From Ascoidea asiatica JCM 7603 (lineage: Eukaryota; Fungi; Ascomycota), in assembly GCA_001600695.1 (NCBI GenBank), contig BCKQ01000005.1, positions 591,542 to 655,541 on the forward strand: DNA of 64,000 nucleotides. The letters run 5' to 3'. Under the pieces are notes generated by a model, which saw nothing but the letters and a program-made list of their open reading frames with translations, was not told where the DNA came from and did no database searches. The translations under genes were made by a program, and so were the position numbers. Shown here one piece after another: positions 45,001 through 55,400 of this stretch. How positions within the stretch are numbered: position 1 is the first letter of the stretch; each line of letters begins with the position of its first letter.

Positions 45001-46461
45001 GGAAAAAACTTCAATTGTAGTTATAACATAATCTTCATAATCAACACCATCACCAACTTTAGCAAATGCAACTCTTTTTGGGGTTACTAAATTTTTAATT
45101 AATTCTGGATTCTTTATTGGATGAACTTTTGAATATAATGGTTGAATTGATTCAGTTAATAATCTATGAATTGCAGAAGGAATTTGTTTATCTAATTTTG
45201 GTAAAAATGGATATTTCATTAGTATATAAACTGAAGGCCAATATAAACCACACATTAAAAACACTTTTAAAAGATGAAATTTATTATTTGTTTTAAGAGT
45301 ATCAACTAATTTTTCAAGTTCATCTTTTGGTTTTTCTTTTTCAATAGATCTTCTAGAATCAGATCTATTATTTTTTTGACTTTCAGAAGGACTTTCATCA
45401 TCATTATTTAATGGAGCAGCTAAAGCTAGTAAAGAAGCACCAGCTTTAAAAGATTTTTCTTGCATTATTTTTTTATATTTATTTTCAATTTTTTTCATTT
45501 CTTCATCATTTGGAGAAAGATAAGAATAAATAGAGCCAAAACTTACAAAACCTTCCTTAATCAAAACAGCAATTAAACATTTAAAAGTTTCTGGCATATC
45601 CCTACCAGCAAAAACATAATTATTAAGTTTAAAACCTATCAATTGAGCAGCAATTTCACAACCACCGGTAGCTAAAGAATTTATTGAAGAAATATCACCT
45701 TTAATTTCTGGCCACCAAAGTGATCTTTTCAATAAATCTATACAAAAATGATAATTTTTTAAAATATTATTAATGAATAAATCTAAAATTATATCAAGTA
45801 CTCTATTTGGGTCCAAACTGAAATGACCAATTAATGATTCTATTATTCTCCAAGTATAATCAACCATAAACGGAGCATCATCGGAAGATATTGAATCATA
45901 TAAATAAATAATTAATTTTGAATAACCTTCAGAACATTCATGAAGTAAACTATATCTTTTTTGAATATATTTTTCTCTAAGAATTATAGATTCTTTTCTT
46001 TTAAGACTACTATCACCTTTTCCTTTAACTTCATTATAATGATCAGTTGATAATAAAACTGATAATAATTTCTGATCAATTTGTAAATATTTTAAAGTAT
46101 AAGTTAAAGCAGCAGTATTTGGAAAAAGATTAACAATATTAATAAAAATAGTTGCAATTTTATTATTTTCAGTTGAATTTAAAGGATATGAGATAATTTG
46201 TTTTACAGTATCAATTACAGTTGATTCACTTATAATATCATAATTTTGTAAAGTAAATATAATTTCATAAAAAAATTCACCTAATACAGAAGGATCTTCA
46301 TTATAATCGACTTGAAATAAAAGTTTAAGCAAGTCATTAGTATTTGTTTGATTTAGTAAAGTAAGAGTTTTATTATCTAAATACTTCCATTTAGAAAGTA
46401 TTTCAAATTTTGATTGAGATGAATTATAAGGAATATCATTCTTGTTAGATAGTTTAGGCAT
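42037..46461 (-). CDS. THO2: THO complex subunit Tho2/Rlr1
   Basis: YSLLHECSEGYSKL, LIGHFSLDPNRVLDIIL, KDVLKRLSK, QIESYDNLI, FWQLSLYDI, CILPR. Confidence 0.95.
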   Translation of the reverse strand: MPKLSNKNDIPYNSSQSKFEILSKWKYLDNKTLTLLNQTNTNDLLKLLFQVDYNEDPSVLGEFFYEIIFTLQNYDIISESTVIDTVKQIISYPLNSTENNKIATIFINIVNLFPNTAALTYTLKYLQIDQKLLSVLLSTDHYNEVKGKGDSSLKRKESIILREKYIQKRYSLLHECSEGYSKLIIYLYDSISSDDAPFMVDYTWRIIESLIGHFSLDPNRVLDIILDLFINNILKNYHFCIDLLKRSLWWPEIKGDISSINSLATGGCEIAAQLIGFKLNNYVFAGRDMPETFKCLIAVLIKEGFVSFGSIYSYLSPNDEEMKKIENKYKKIMQEKSFKAGASLLALAAPLNNDDESPSESQKNNRSDSRRSIEKEKPKDELEKLVDTLKTNNKFHLLKVFLMCGLYWPSVYILMKYPFLPKLDKQIPSAIHRLLTESIQPLYSKVHPIKNPELIKNLVTPKRVAFAKVGDGVDYEDYVITTIEVFSLQKSHTNKKFLYFYHQWNENLPQITSVDELVKVSKEFLIFSGSDLHKDPELISKIIRIGLYDLENSQPDEKDTKLNNWLEYFKKFLFPTMPLLKENPCTIQEMYKLMANFPLEKRFNLYGGMQTNLRKKDYDIKIASSSAEKETKDVLKRLSKTNFHPMMRRLAKISFANPFPCLEVIVTQIESYDNLIELIVDSARYFTNYGFDVLSFVLLTRLTSDRNLIQDDGIHERQWLQSLVMFIGKLCQRFDKMDLKTLYIFILKKLHSGDSIGNAIFKEMVNNMTGIRHISNLTVKQIDYIGCGPSLQNVVFSNIQDTRISCKKSGLRLLSNLIELNALSELFVLLCNYHQKQIFENENLHYKILASRNDETSSLLHSFLTAINYFLSSNQIKENVLSLPILVSKYGVTIEWAFELWRNTLSKDIRKEIEEDENSMSDNPWTKTLEPIMSEIEKSISINWKVMSSGLYVSFWQLSLYDIDFSEEKYSSEEKNIKELISGLKDDISNLINDNEINTEIVEGKKKLKLEYEKILKQFPFDTKNHMSHYNVSMKRIRKENDYWFGEANISEENFSEKVNLFMEHCILPRSIHSSVDALFSAKFVILLLSLGFKKVFFSIIRLLFKGIISCSLFTFTPDEAENFGIFYSYIFEKLNGWRDATIFEKEFSKLKCFHESTFVSHKEFLKTLFEFHSLALNDILSALETEDYMYRRNTITYLKNVITVYPTIEDHCEKLLETMEEISKKDSRKDIQLSASALVGLTKSRSQKWVSMWNFYEMSETDEQRQRARRDRKSQEALISQKRVLLKKKKSKPEITATIPTGPKTPLPIPRAPLGQKDSRDNHAPRKFPDVMAQTVDKSKRDLKIPTKRAATEDQANKNSSKKTKPNVIGKENSVTEKKLSEASKSNIPADLKKSEPLINKKLPTAPKDISNKVVERAIPLGAPTKPSASTPNSNDSKNASKNDVTNRKNRYENNHYRGNYNRNNAYYRNNGF

Positions 46462-47345
46462 TATAAGAATGGTAGCAATTTAATAAATAGACTTAACATA
46501 AGGATATAACTGAATATATACTTTTAGCTGAAATAGATAGAATTCAAATCTAGCTTTATTATTTTCTCCCTCTGTTTATTTCAGTTAATATATTCCTGTT
46601 TCCAATGTATTTTAAATATTCTTCAGGCTATTTCACTTTCTTTTTGAATACCTCTTTACTTTATTTCATTTTTCTTTATTTATTTCACTAAAGTTAATTG
46701 TTTTTTGCGATATAAAGAAGGTAAATAAGCTTTGACTACTTTTCTCATCCAGCATCCGCACTTAATCATCACACTTTCTTTTCAAAGAAACGGCAAAGAA
46801 ATCCTCAGAAGGAAAAAAACAAGAAATATTCAAAAATTGAATTATTCAAAATTATCTTGAACTGCATTGAAATATATTCAAATAGATAATTATTTATCAA
46901 AGGATATGATTCAAATCCGAAGAAGTCAATGAAACTTTGTCATTTATGGTTTTGTCAGTTCAGATCATGAATTTGAAGTCACTGTCCAAATAAGAATTCG
47001 TTGAAACAATTACTGAGAATTATATTTCAACTAGTTTCTCAAATGGAATGAGTACAATTACAAATTAGGATATCACTCAATGGAAAGAATCATCAAAACT
47101 TTTTATTTTAATATATTTAATTATAAAATTCAATTATATTATATATTTTAATATAGCTTGGGAAGAAACAATAAATCCACGTATGGAACTAGCAGTGTCA
47201 AATTTTATTGCTTCTATGATTTGAATTGTGGGATTTTATTAGCCTCGAGTTTAATCACAAAACATCAAATCTGCTTTGAGATGCTTATTCTTTACTGCTT
47301 TTCTCACATATCTAACTTTTGGAATATATTTTATTAAAACTATTA

Positions 47346-47388
47346 TACCATTTCATACCATTTCATACTACTTCATACTATTTCATAC
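47346..47388. repeat. 10-bp tandem repeat (TACYATTTCA-like) x4
   Basis: taccatttca taccatttca tactacttca tactatttca. Confidence 0.75.
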
Positions 47389-47855
47389 TTTGAGTTTTTA
47401 TCTCTTTACAATTCATTAATTCAATTTGATGCTTTTTTGTTTAATCATTGATAAGTTTATCTGTTTCACTAGTCATCTAAGCTTTTTTTCATTAGTTGAT
47501 AAAGTTTGGATATGATTTTGGGTTTATTTTTATTGAACTACTATTATTATAATTATTATTTTAATTGTGTTTGTCTTGTTGATTCAAATTAATTTAAAGT
47601 TGATGGTTATTTTAATTGATTCTTTCAATGGTTTTATAAATGTTTTATCAAATTTCTTTTAATCAATTCTATATTTTCCAAAAGATCATATATAAACCTT
47701 CAAAATGTTTTTATATTATTAAATTGGTTATTTTATTTAATATTTTTTTAAAATAATATCTTATTCTAATTGCTTTTTTTTCTTTCAAGTAATTCAAATA
47801 TTTCTAATATTATAAAAAACAATAACAGACAATAGCTGATATAAACTAATATAAA

Positions 47856-49295
47856 ATGAGTGCAACTGTTACAAATACAAATTATTATCATAATAATACT
47901 TCAAATTATTCTAAAGATTCTAGTTCAAAATCAAATTCTAAATCAAAATCAAAATCAAAATCAGATTCTCAATTACAAACTCAATCTCAAAGACTTTTAA
48001 CTGATGAAGAAATAATATATTTAAAAAATAAAAAAGAAAAAATTGAAGTTAAACAATTATTCCAATTTTTAGGACCAAATTATATAATTGAAAAACGTAT
48101 TGGTGAAGGTGCTTATGGTATGGTTGCAAAAGGTACATATAGAGGTTTACCTGTTGCAATTAAAAGAATTGATATTTCTAATAGAGAATTATTTGCTTTA
48201 AGAACTTTGAGAGAAATAAAAATTTTAAAACATTTTCAATATCATAAAGATATTATAACAATTTATGATATGAAATTAGTTAGAACAAAAGATGGTTCTT
48301 TAATTTGTTTTATAATTCAAGAATTAATGGAAAATGATTTACATTATATTATTAGACATTATGATTATGATCAAGAAATGGTTTGTTATATAATTTATCA
48401 TATTTTAAAAGCTTTAAAATCTTTACATGATGTTAAAATTATTCATAGAGATTTAAAACCTTCAAATATTTTAATTAATGATGATTGTTCAATAAGAATT
48501 TGTGATTTTGGTTTATCAAGAATTGATACATCATCTAATTCTCCTCAATTAAATTTTATGACAGAATATGTTGCAACTAGATGGTATAGAGCTCCAGAAA
48601 TAATGTTAAATAATTCAAATTATTCAACAAAATCAGATATTTGGTCAATTGGTTGTATACTTTATGAATTAATTTTTAAAAGACCTTTATTTCAAGGTAG
48701 AGATCTTTTAAATCAATTAAAATTAATTTTTGCAATTGCAGGTACACCAAAAGGTGAAGGTATGAATTTTGTTAAATCTGAAAAAGCAAGAAAATATTTA
48801 AGTAATTATGTTGAACAATATCCAAGATGTAATTTTAAACAACAATTTGGTAATGGAATGTCAAAAGAAGCTTTAGATTTATTTGATAAAATGTTACAAT
48901 GTGATCCAAATAAAAGAATTTCTGCAGAAGAAGCTTTAAAACATCCATATTTTTCATCATTTAATGGAGATTTAATTCATGAAACATGTACAATTCCTTT
49001 ACAAAAATCAGAATTTGAATTTGATAAAAATGATGGAAAATTATTAAAAATGAATGAACTTACGGATTTATTAATTAATGAATTTCAACATTTTCCAAGA
49101 GAAAAATTTCTTCAAGAATTTTATTATTCAAAAAGAGATAATATTAAACAAATTGAAAAAACTAGTAATAATTCTAATTCTAATTCTAGTTATAATAATG
49201 ATAATAATAATGATAACAATACTAATGAAAAAACAAAAAGAAAAGAAGAAACTTCAACATATATGGATGAGGTTCTTTCTTGTTATCAGTATTAA
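47856..49295 (+). CDS. MAP kinase with TEY activation loop, divergent Fus3/Kss1/Cek type
   Basis: GEGAYGMV, VAIKRI, LRTLREIKIL, HRDLKPSN, ICDFGLSR, MTEYVATRWYRAPEIML. Confidence 0.9.
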   Translation: MSATVTNTNYYHNNTSNYSKDSSSKSNSKSKSKSKSDSQLQTQSQRLLTDEEIIYLKNKKEKIEVKQLFQFLGPNYIIEKRIGEGAYGMVAKGTYRGLPVAIKRIDISNRELFALRTLREIKILKHFQYHKDIITIYDMKLVRTKDGSLICFIIQELMENDLHYIIRHYDYDQEMVCYIIYHILKALKSLHDVKIIHRDLKPSNILINDDCSIRICDFGLSRIDTSSNSPQLNFMTEYVATRWYRAPEIMLNNSNYSTKSDIWSIGCILYELIFKRPLFQGRDLLNQLKLIFAIAGTPKGEGMNFVKSEKARKYLSNYVEQYPRCNFKQQFGNGMSKEALDLFDKMLQCDPNKRISAEEALKHPYFSSFNGDLIHETCTIPLQKSEFEFDKNDGKLLKMNELTDLLINEFQHFPREKFLQEFYYSKRDNIKQIEKTSNNSNSNSSYNNDNNNDNNTNEKTKRKEETSTYMDEVLSCYQY

Positions 49296-49658
49296 ATTTT
49301 AATATATTTATATAGTTAATAATTGCATAATTTTTATAGGTTTTTATATTTTTTTATATTTTTTATATTCTTTATATTCTTTATATTCTTTTTATATTTT
49401 ATTTTACTAAGTAACTTTTTTTTCAAAATTTTTCAGTTAACAATAATTTAATAAAAAATTTAATATTCATATCCTTTTTGACTAGAAAGTATAAGATAAA
49501 CTAAATTAGAGTAGAATAATAACTAGTTTAATTAATTAACTGATTGAATGATTGATTGATAGTAGTTCACATAATAAATATAATTATAATTAACAATATA
49601 TATATATATAAGTATAGTAAATTATATATAAATAAATTTTAATAATAAATTAAATTGA

Positions 49659-50129
49659 TTAACGAGAAGTTGCTTGAACTTTTTGGAAAGCACCTTTAGC
49701 AGTTTGTTTATTTAATTTAGTACCACCAATTTTAGCAGCATTTTTAGCTTTTTCAGCTCTTTTTTTAGCTTTTTCAGCTTTCTTTTTTTCTTTATCTAAT
49801 TTTGCAGCTTCTTCTCTTTCAGCTTTTCTAACTTCAGGTTTTTTTGAACGTTTTTCTTTTAATAATTCTAAAGAAGCACCAACAATTGCTCTTGCTTGTT
49901 TAACAGTTTTTCTTGATCTTTTTTTAGAAACTTCTTCAGAAATACCTTTCTTATGATGACGTCTATATAAAACAGTCCAAGAAATTCTTCTTGGATTTTT
50001 TCTTTGCAAAAATAAAGAAGCAGATTTTGATGAATGAAATCTAAAAATTTTAGAATCACCACGAACAAATAAAGTACCTCTACCTGGGTAAATTTTTGAA
50101 CCAGAAAATGAACAAATTTCAGTTTTCAT
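49659..50129 (-). CDS. RPL24: 60S ribosomal protein eL24
   Basis: [51 protein letters not shown]. Confidence 0.97.
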   Translation of the reverse strand: MKTEICSFSGSKIYPGRGTLFVRGDSKIFRFHSSKSASLFLQRKNPRRISWTVLYRRHHKKGISEEVSKKRSRKTVKQARAIVGASLELLKEKRSKKPEVRKAEREEAAKLDKEKKKAEKAKKRAEKAKNAAKIGGTKLNKQTAKGAFQKVQATSR

Positions 50130-50135
50130 TTTGAT

Positions 50136-50852
50136 CTAAAAAATAGGTAAAAAATTAAAAAATAAAATAGAAAAATAAAAAATGTTAGAATATTATTTGA
50201 GAAAAAAATTTAAATTGGTTTATTGATTATAGTTATTCAAAAATTAGTTCTTTCTCTTTGAGTATAATTATGATTATAAGTTTAAAGTATTGATTTTATA
50301 AATGATGAATAACATAAAATTAGAAAATATGATTTAATTTTATAGTTTTTAACATTATATATAATTCCCATATAATATAATAGAATAAAAGTTTTGGAAA
50401 ATGATTTATTTTAACAGTAAAGTAATCAATAAACTACTTTAATATTTTTTTTCTTTAAATATTTTCATTTTCTTAGATTAATTTTCAAATTGTAAATATA
50501 CAGTAATTTCATTATACTCTTTGAAATATAGTTCGAGTATATATGTATACGTTCTTTTTCTTCACTCAAATTAAGTTGGAATATAATAATTGATTTAATA
50601 TCTCAAAAACAATAATAAGTGAGTAGATAATCCTTCAATTCTCATTTCTTTATATGATATTCTTGATTTTTTTGCTTTTCTTCAATTTATTTGATCTGTT
50701 TCATTTCTTTCACTTCTTATAACCAATTTTCCTATTATTTCTTCATTTACTTGGAACTTTCTTGATTTTTATGGATAACCCAAAGATGGAATCTAATCTT
50801 ATCTAATATGAAACTTGGGAATATAGAATATGGAATATGGGAATAAACATAC
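50136..50852 (-). other. 5'-UTR intron of RPL24 (717 nt)
   Basis: AG|GTATGT donor at 50852, TTCTAAC 50190-50184, pyrimidine tract, TAG 6 nt before ATG; S. cerevisiae RPL24A/B also carry 5'-UTR introns. Confidence 0.8.
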
Positions 50853-51019
50853 CTTATTATTGATATATTATTAGAGTAGTACTTTGATTAAATTAGATAA
50901 TTCCAACTACGTTATATCTTTTCATATATCTTATATCTATCTATATCTCGTTACTTATAACAATGCTATTACTTAGATATTAATTATCAGTTTTATTCAT
51001 ATTCTTTTCAGATTATTCA

Positions 51020-51400
51020 TTCGTCTGGCGTTGGATATTCCAAATCAGTAAGTCACTGGAAGGATTGCAGAGAGCAGCTCTGGAACTGGGAGAAAGAAGC
51101 ATCCTCCATCCAGCGTATCGCCTGCGATATCGACCAGTTTCCACCCACCAGCGCCAGTTCCACAATTCAGGCCCAGCACCAAAAACAAGAAAAGGAAGGC
51201 ACGTGTTCTGCTCACTGTTTGCCTTCGAGCAAGAGAGCAGAGCAGAGGAAACAGAGAAAACAGAGGAAACAGAGTGCGCTTCTCTGGCAGACGTTGCGAG
51301 CACCGGGCTTGTCTCGTGAGTGGTTCAGTGACTGTTTTAGTTCCAGACAGAAAGTCACGTTTATTGCGATTCTCGCTTTTCTGGTCGTTACCGGTAGAAT
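51020..51400. promoter_or_regulatory. GC-rich bidirectional RPL24/RPL30 promoter with E-box GCACGTGT (about 51199), Homol-D-like AGTGACTG (about 51327) and GTCACGT (about 51354)
   Basis: Divergent RP gene pair; motifs read directly; overlapping ORFs here look spurious. Confidence 0.6.
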
Positions 51401-51639
51401 CTTTCACGTATTACTATTTTCGTACCATGGTGATGGTTTCTAATAACGAAACTGTTAGTGGAAAATTAGAGCGTGGATTAACTCAACTCCAGACATTTTC
51501 ATTTATGGAATATATTTTTTTTTTTTATATTTTTGATTACATTGAATATATTTGGAAACTTTTGATCTTTTTTTTTCTATTCTTTAATTATAAATTTTTA
51601 AATATTATCCAATTTATATTCAATTTCGTTTTATAAAAG

Positions 51640-51709
51640 AACCGGAGTGCAAATATATATTATAATTATCCTAAATTAAACTCAATTTATTAGCGCAGAG
51701 ATGGTCAGT
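51640..51709 (+). promoter_or_regulatory. L30-binding kink-turn autoregulatory RNA element spanning 5'UTR, AUG and 5' splice site
   Basis: 5' strand ACCGGAGTGC (51641-51650) and 3' strand GCGCAGAGATGGTC (51693-51706) match the S. cerevisiae RPL30 element. Confidence 0.88.
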
Positions 51710-52240
51710 ATTTCATAATTAAATAATTTCAATTAAATTTAATTTATTATATTGATTGAAGAAAAATGATTTAAATTTTATTGATTTTGATTATTATTTG
51801 AATCTATTCAAAGAATTATTCATTCATTTAATCAATCAATATATAAATAATAAATTATTAAATTAATCAAAATATATCTTGATCTCTTGGAACTTTTTAT
51901 ACTAACTTTTTTTTCAATTTAGGCACCAAAAGTTAAAAGTCAAGAAACCTTTAATTCTAAACTTGCTTTAGTTATTAAATCTGGTAAATATACCTTAGGT
52001 TATAAAACAACTGTTAAATCTTTACGTCAAGGTAAAGCTAAATTAGTTGTTGTTGCAAAAAATATTCCAACTTTAAGAAAAGCTGAAATTGAATATTATG
52101 CAATGTTATCTAAAACTACTGTTTCTTATTTCGAAGGTGGTAATAATGAATTAGGTACTGCTTGTGGTAAATTATTCAGAGTTGGTGTTTTAGCTATTAT
52201 TGACGCTGGTGATTCTGATATCTTAGCTGATTTAGTTTAA
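51701..52240 (+). CDS. RPL30: 60S ribosomal protein eL30; exon 1 is ATG only (51701-51703), exon 2 51923-52240; absent from ORF track
   Basis: [28 protein letters not shown]...[11 protein letters not shown]...[28 protein letters not shown]. Confidence 0.97.
51704..51922 (+). other. RPL30 intron (219 nt) with non-consensus GTCAGT donor
   Basis: GTCAGT, TACTAAC 51900-51906, TAG. Confidence 0.95.
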
Positions 52241-52466
52241 TCTCTTTTAGTTTAATGGAGTATAATGTAATGAATGTACTATATTTATTATATATTTATT
52301 GTATATCATTAATATTATTAATATAAATTACGTTACTTAATTATTTTATTATTACATAATCGAGATACTTTCGATTTTGAATTAAACTCTCATTTCGTCT
52401 AAAATCTATTATAAATACTGTATATTGAATTTCTATATATAATATTCTAAAGAACTAAAATCAAAA

Positions 52467-55400
52467 TTAAAATTCACTATCACAAACTTTTGAAAATCCA
52501 GTAAATTGTCTTTGATCTGCTTCTGATATTGAATTGGTTGGAGTTAATTCAACTGGTAAATCTGTAAATTCTTTATCGAAATTACTTCCTTCATTATTAT
52601 TATCTATTTCTGGTTTTAATGGTGGTTCAATTTCAAATTTAATTAATTTATTAAAATCAATTTTTTCAAAATATTTATGTTCCATAATTTCTAATGCATC
52701 TCTTTCACCACTACCTAATCTCTTTTTTTCATCTTTATTTAATAATCCACTTATAACTTCAACTGTACTTGGTGACATTGTTGGTGGATATGTTGGTTCA
52801 TCAAATGATATAGAATTTCTAATTTCTAATTCATTATCTCCAAAAAATGGTGATACTTGTAAAATCATTTGATATATTAAAACTCCAAATGCCCACCAAT
52901 CAACTGATTTATCATAATCTTTACCTTCAATAATTTCTGGTGCCATATAATCTAATGTTCCACAAAATGTTGATGTTCTTCTACCATATTCCATATTATC
53001 TTTACATAATCCATAATCTGCAATTTTTACATGACCTTCTTGTGTTAATAATATATTCTCTAATTTTAAATCTCTATAAACAATTCCATTTTCATGTAAA
53101 TATTTTAATCCAATTAAAACTTCTGCTGCAATAAATCTTGCTGTTCTTAATGTAAATGGATGTTTTTGTAAATGCCACATTAAATCTCCTCCTTTTGCAA
53201 ATTCCATAACAAAAAAAATTCTTCTTTTGGTATGAAATGAACTATATAATTTTGTTAAAAATGGTATATTTGCTTTACTTGCAATAACATACATTTTTTT
53301 CTCTTGTTTAATACCTGAAATTTGTCCATCTTCAACAATTGCTGATTTTTTTAAAATTTTTATTGCACATCTACGATTAGATTTTTTAGATTCAGCTAAT
53401 AAAACTTTACCAAATTGCCCTCTACCTAAAACTCTAATATATCTAAAATCTTTTTCTCCAATTTTTCTTTTAGTATTAATTTTACCAAATTCTAATCTAC
53501 TATCACTACTTTTTCTTGAATTATTATCAACTAAAGAAGAAATTGGTTCTATTGATCCATTATCTAATTCTTCATCTTTTTTAGGTAATTCATTTCCGCT
53601 TTCCTTTGATTCCTCTTTTTCCTTAGCTATATTATTTATAAAATCTTTAAAAGGTTCAATACTTGTTTCTATTTTTTCTTTTTTTTCTAATTTACCAAAT
53701 CCTTCAATATCTGCAATCATTGAACTCATTATATCAATACTTGTTTCTAGTTTTTCTTCATTTTGATCTACAGTTTCTGTTGTCGGACTTGATACTTTAT
53801 CATAAAGCCATTTTTCATATTCTTCATTAGATCTATTAAATGTTGAACTATTTCTTCTATATTCATTAGTATATTCAAATTTATCTTCAACTGTAATCAT
53901 AGGTAATACCAATTGAGGATTATAACTTTCTTGACTTAATTGAGATCTAGATGAATTTGCTGAATTAATTGAATTTAAAGATATATTTGAATTAGCTCTA
54001 TTATGTTCCTGAAAAGGTCTTAATGATAATGAATTTCTATCTGAATTTGGAACTGTACAACTTAATTCATCTTTTAATTCATCAATACATTTTTTATCAT
54101 GAATAAATTTTTGACAATTTTGACATTTATAACATTGAAATCGTAAAAGTTGATTACACACAAAACATGATTGAATAGTATTTGTATAAAATTTGACTAA
54201 TTTATGACCATTTTTAATTGTAAATCTCTCTTTTTCAATTACTGCTGGTTTACGAGGGCCAAATGGTGTATTAATATAATTTGGTACTTTTGGAGATTTC
54301 ATTTTAATATCTGTTGAATTTACTGGCATTATTGCTGCTTTATGTTGTTCAAATTCTAAAGCCAATTCTATCTGACCTTCTGGCTCTAAGTTAAACATAG
54401 TAAATTTTTTTTCAGCATTGTCCAACTTATTTTGAAGATTATTTCGATTCAAAGGATCATTCATATTCTGATCTAAAGCATTATAACTTAAAGCCTCAGT
54501 TGATTTTCTTTGAGGTTCATTTAAGGAATATAAACCATTATCAGTTGAAGCTGAAAGATTTGAATATTGTAATTTGATTTGATTTTTAACTTTTCTAGTT
54601 TCTTCAGCTATATCACTAATAGTTATCCAAATAACTGAAACTTCAACAAATTTTCCCTCAATTTTATCTAATACTGATATTTCTAATTCATTACCATTTT
54701 CAACATTTACAGAATATGATTGATTCCATATATCATTTTTGATTAAATTAGAGTCAGGAAATCTAATACTATCTACTTTAAATGCTAATTTGGAATGTGT
54801 TGAATTATTGTCAAATTTATTATAAGCAGAAGCAGGACGTGTTAAACCTGTAATCCTATGTATATGAACTTTTAGAAGTCCTGATAATGGTTTTCTCAAG
54901 TTATTTGTATTAGATATAAATTTAATATCACTATTGAAATCTAAATCATTTATATTTAAGTCTTTATATTTCTTTTGAGCTTTTTCTAAAAGAAAGAGTC
55001 TTTGCTGAAAAGTTTCAGTTTTCTGTTTTGATTCTGAATAAAATTGAGGATTAACAAATTTTTTTTCATATAATTCTTTCATTTTTTCAGCAGCCTTAAG
55101 AAATCTTTTTTCAGTTTGAATTTTAAGAGTTAAAAGTTCACTCATATATTTGACTTTATGACCCATAGAAGGACAATTCACTTTTTCTAAATCCATTCTA
55201 TTTAAAATTCTATTTTGATTCATATTACCATTATTTAAAATTTTATTTTCTTGTTGATATTGAATTGAATTTGAATTTGAAACAGTATTTTGATTCTTTT
55301 GAGAATTTGAAGGCATTTCATAAATCTTAGGAGGATTTTCAAGACCTGGTGGAGGTTTTCTTACTGGGCGAGTTGAAACTTTTAGTTTTTTCAAAGAAGA

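Noticed and set aside
51013-51636. Cluster of ORFs between RPL24 and RPL30
   Set aside because: GC-rich bidirectional promoter; no coding signature
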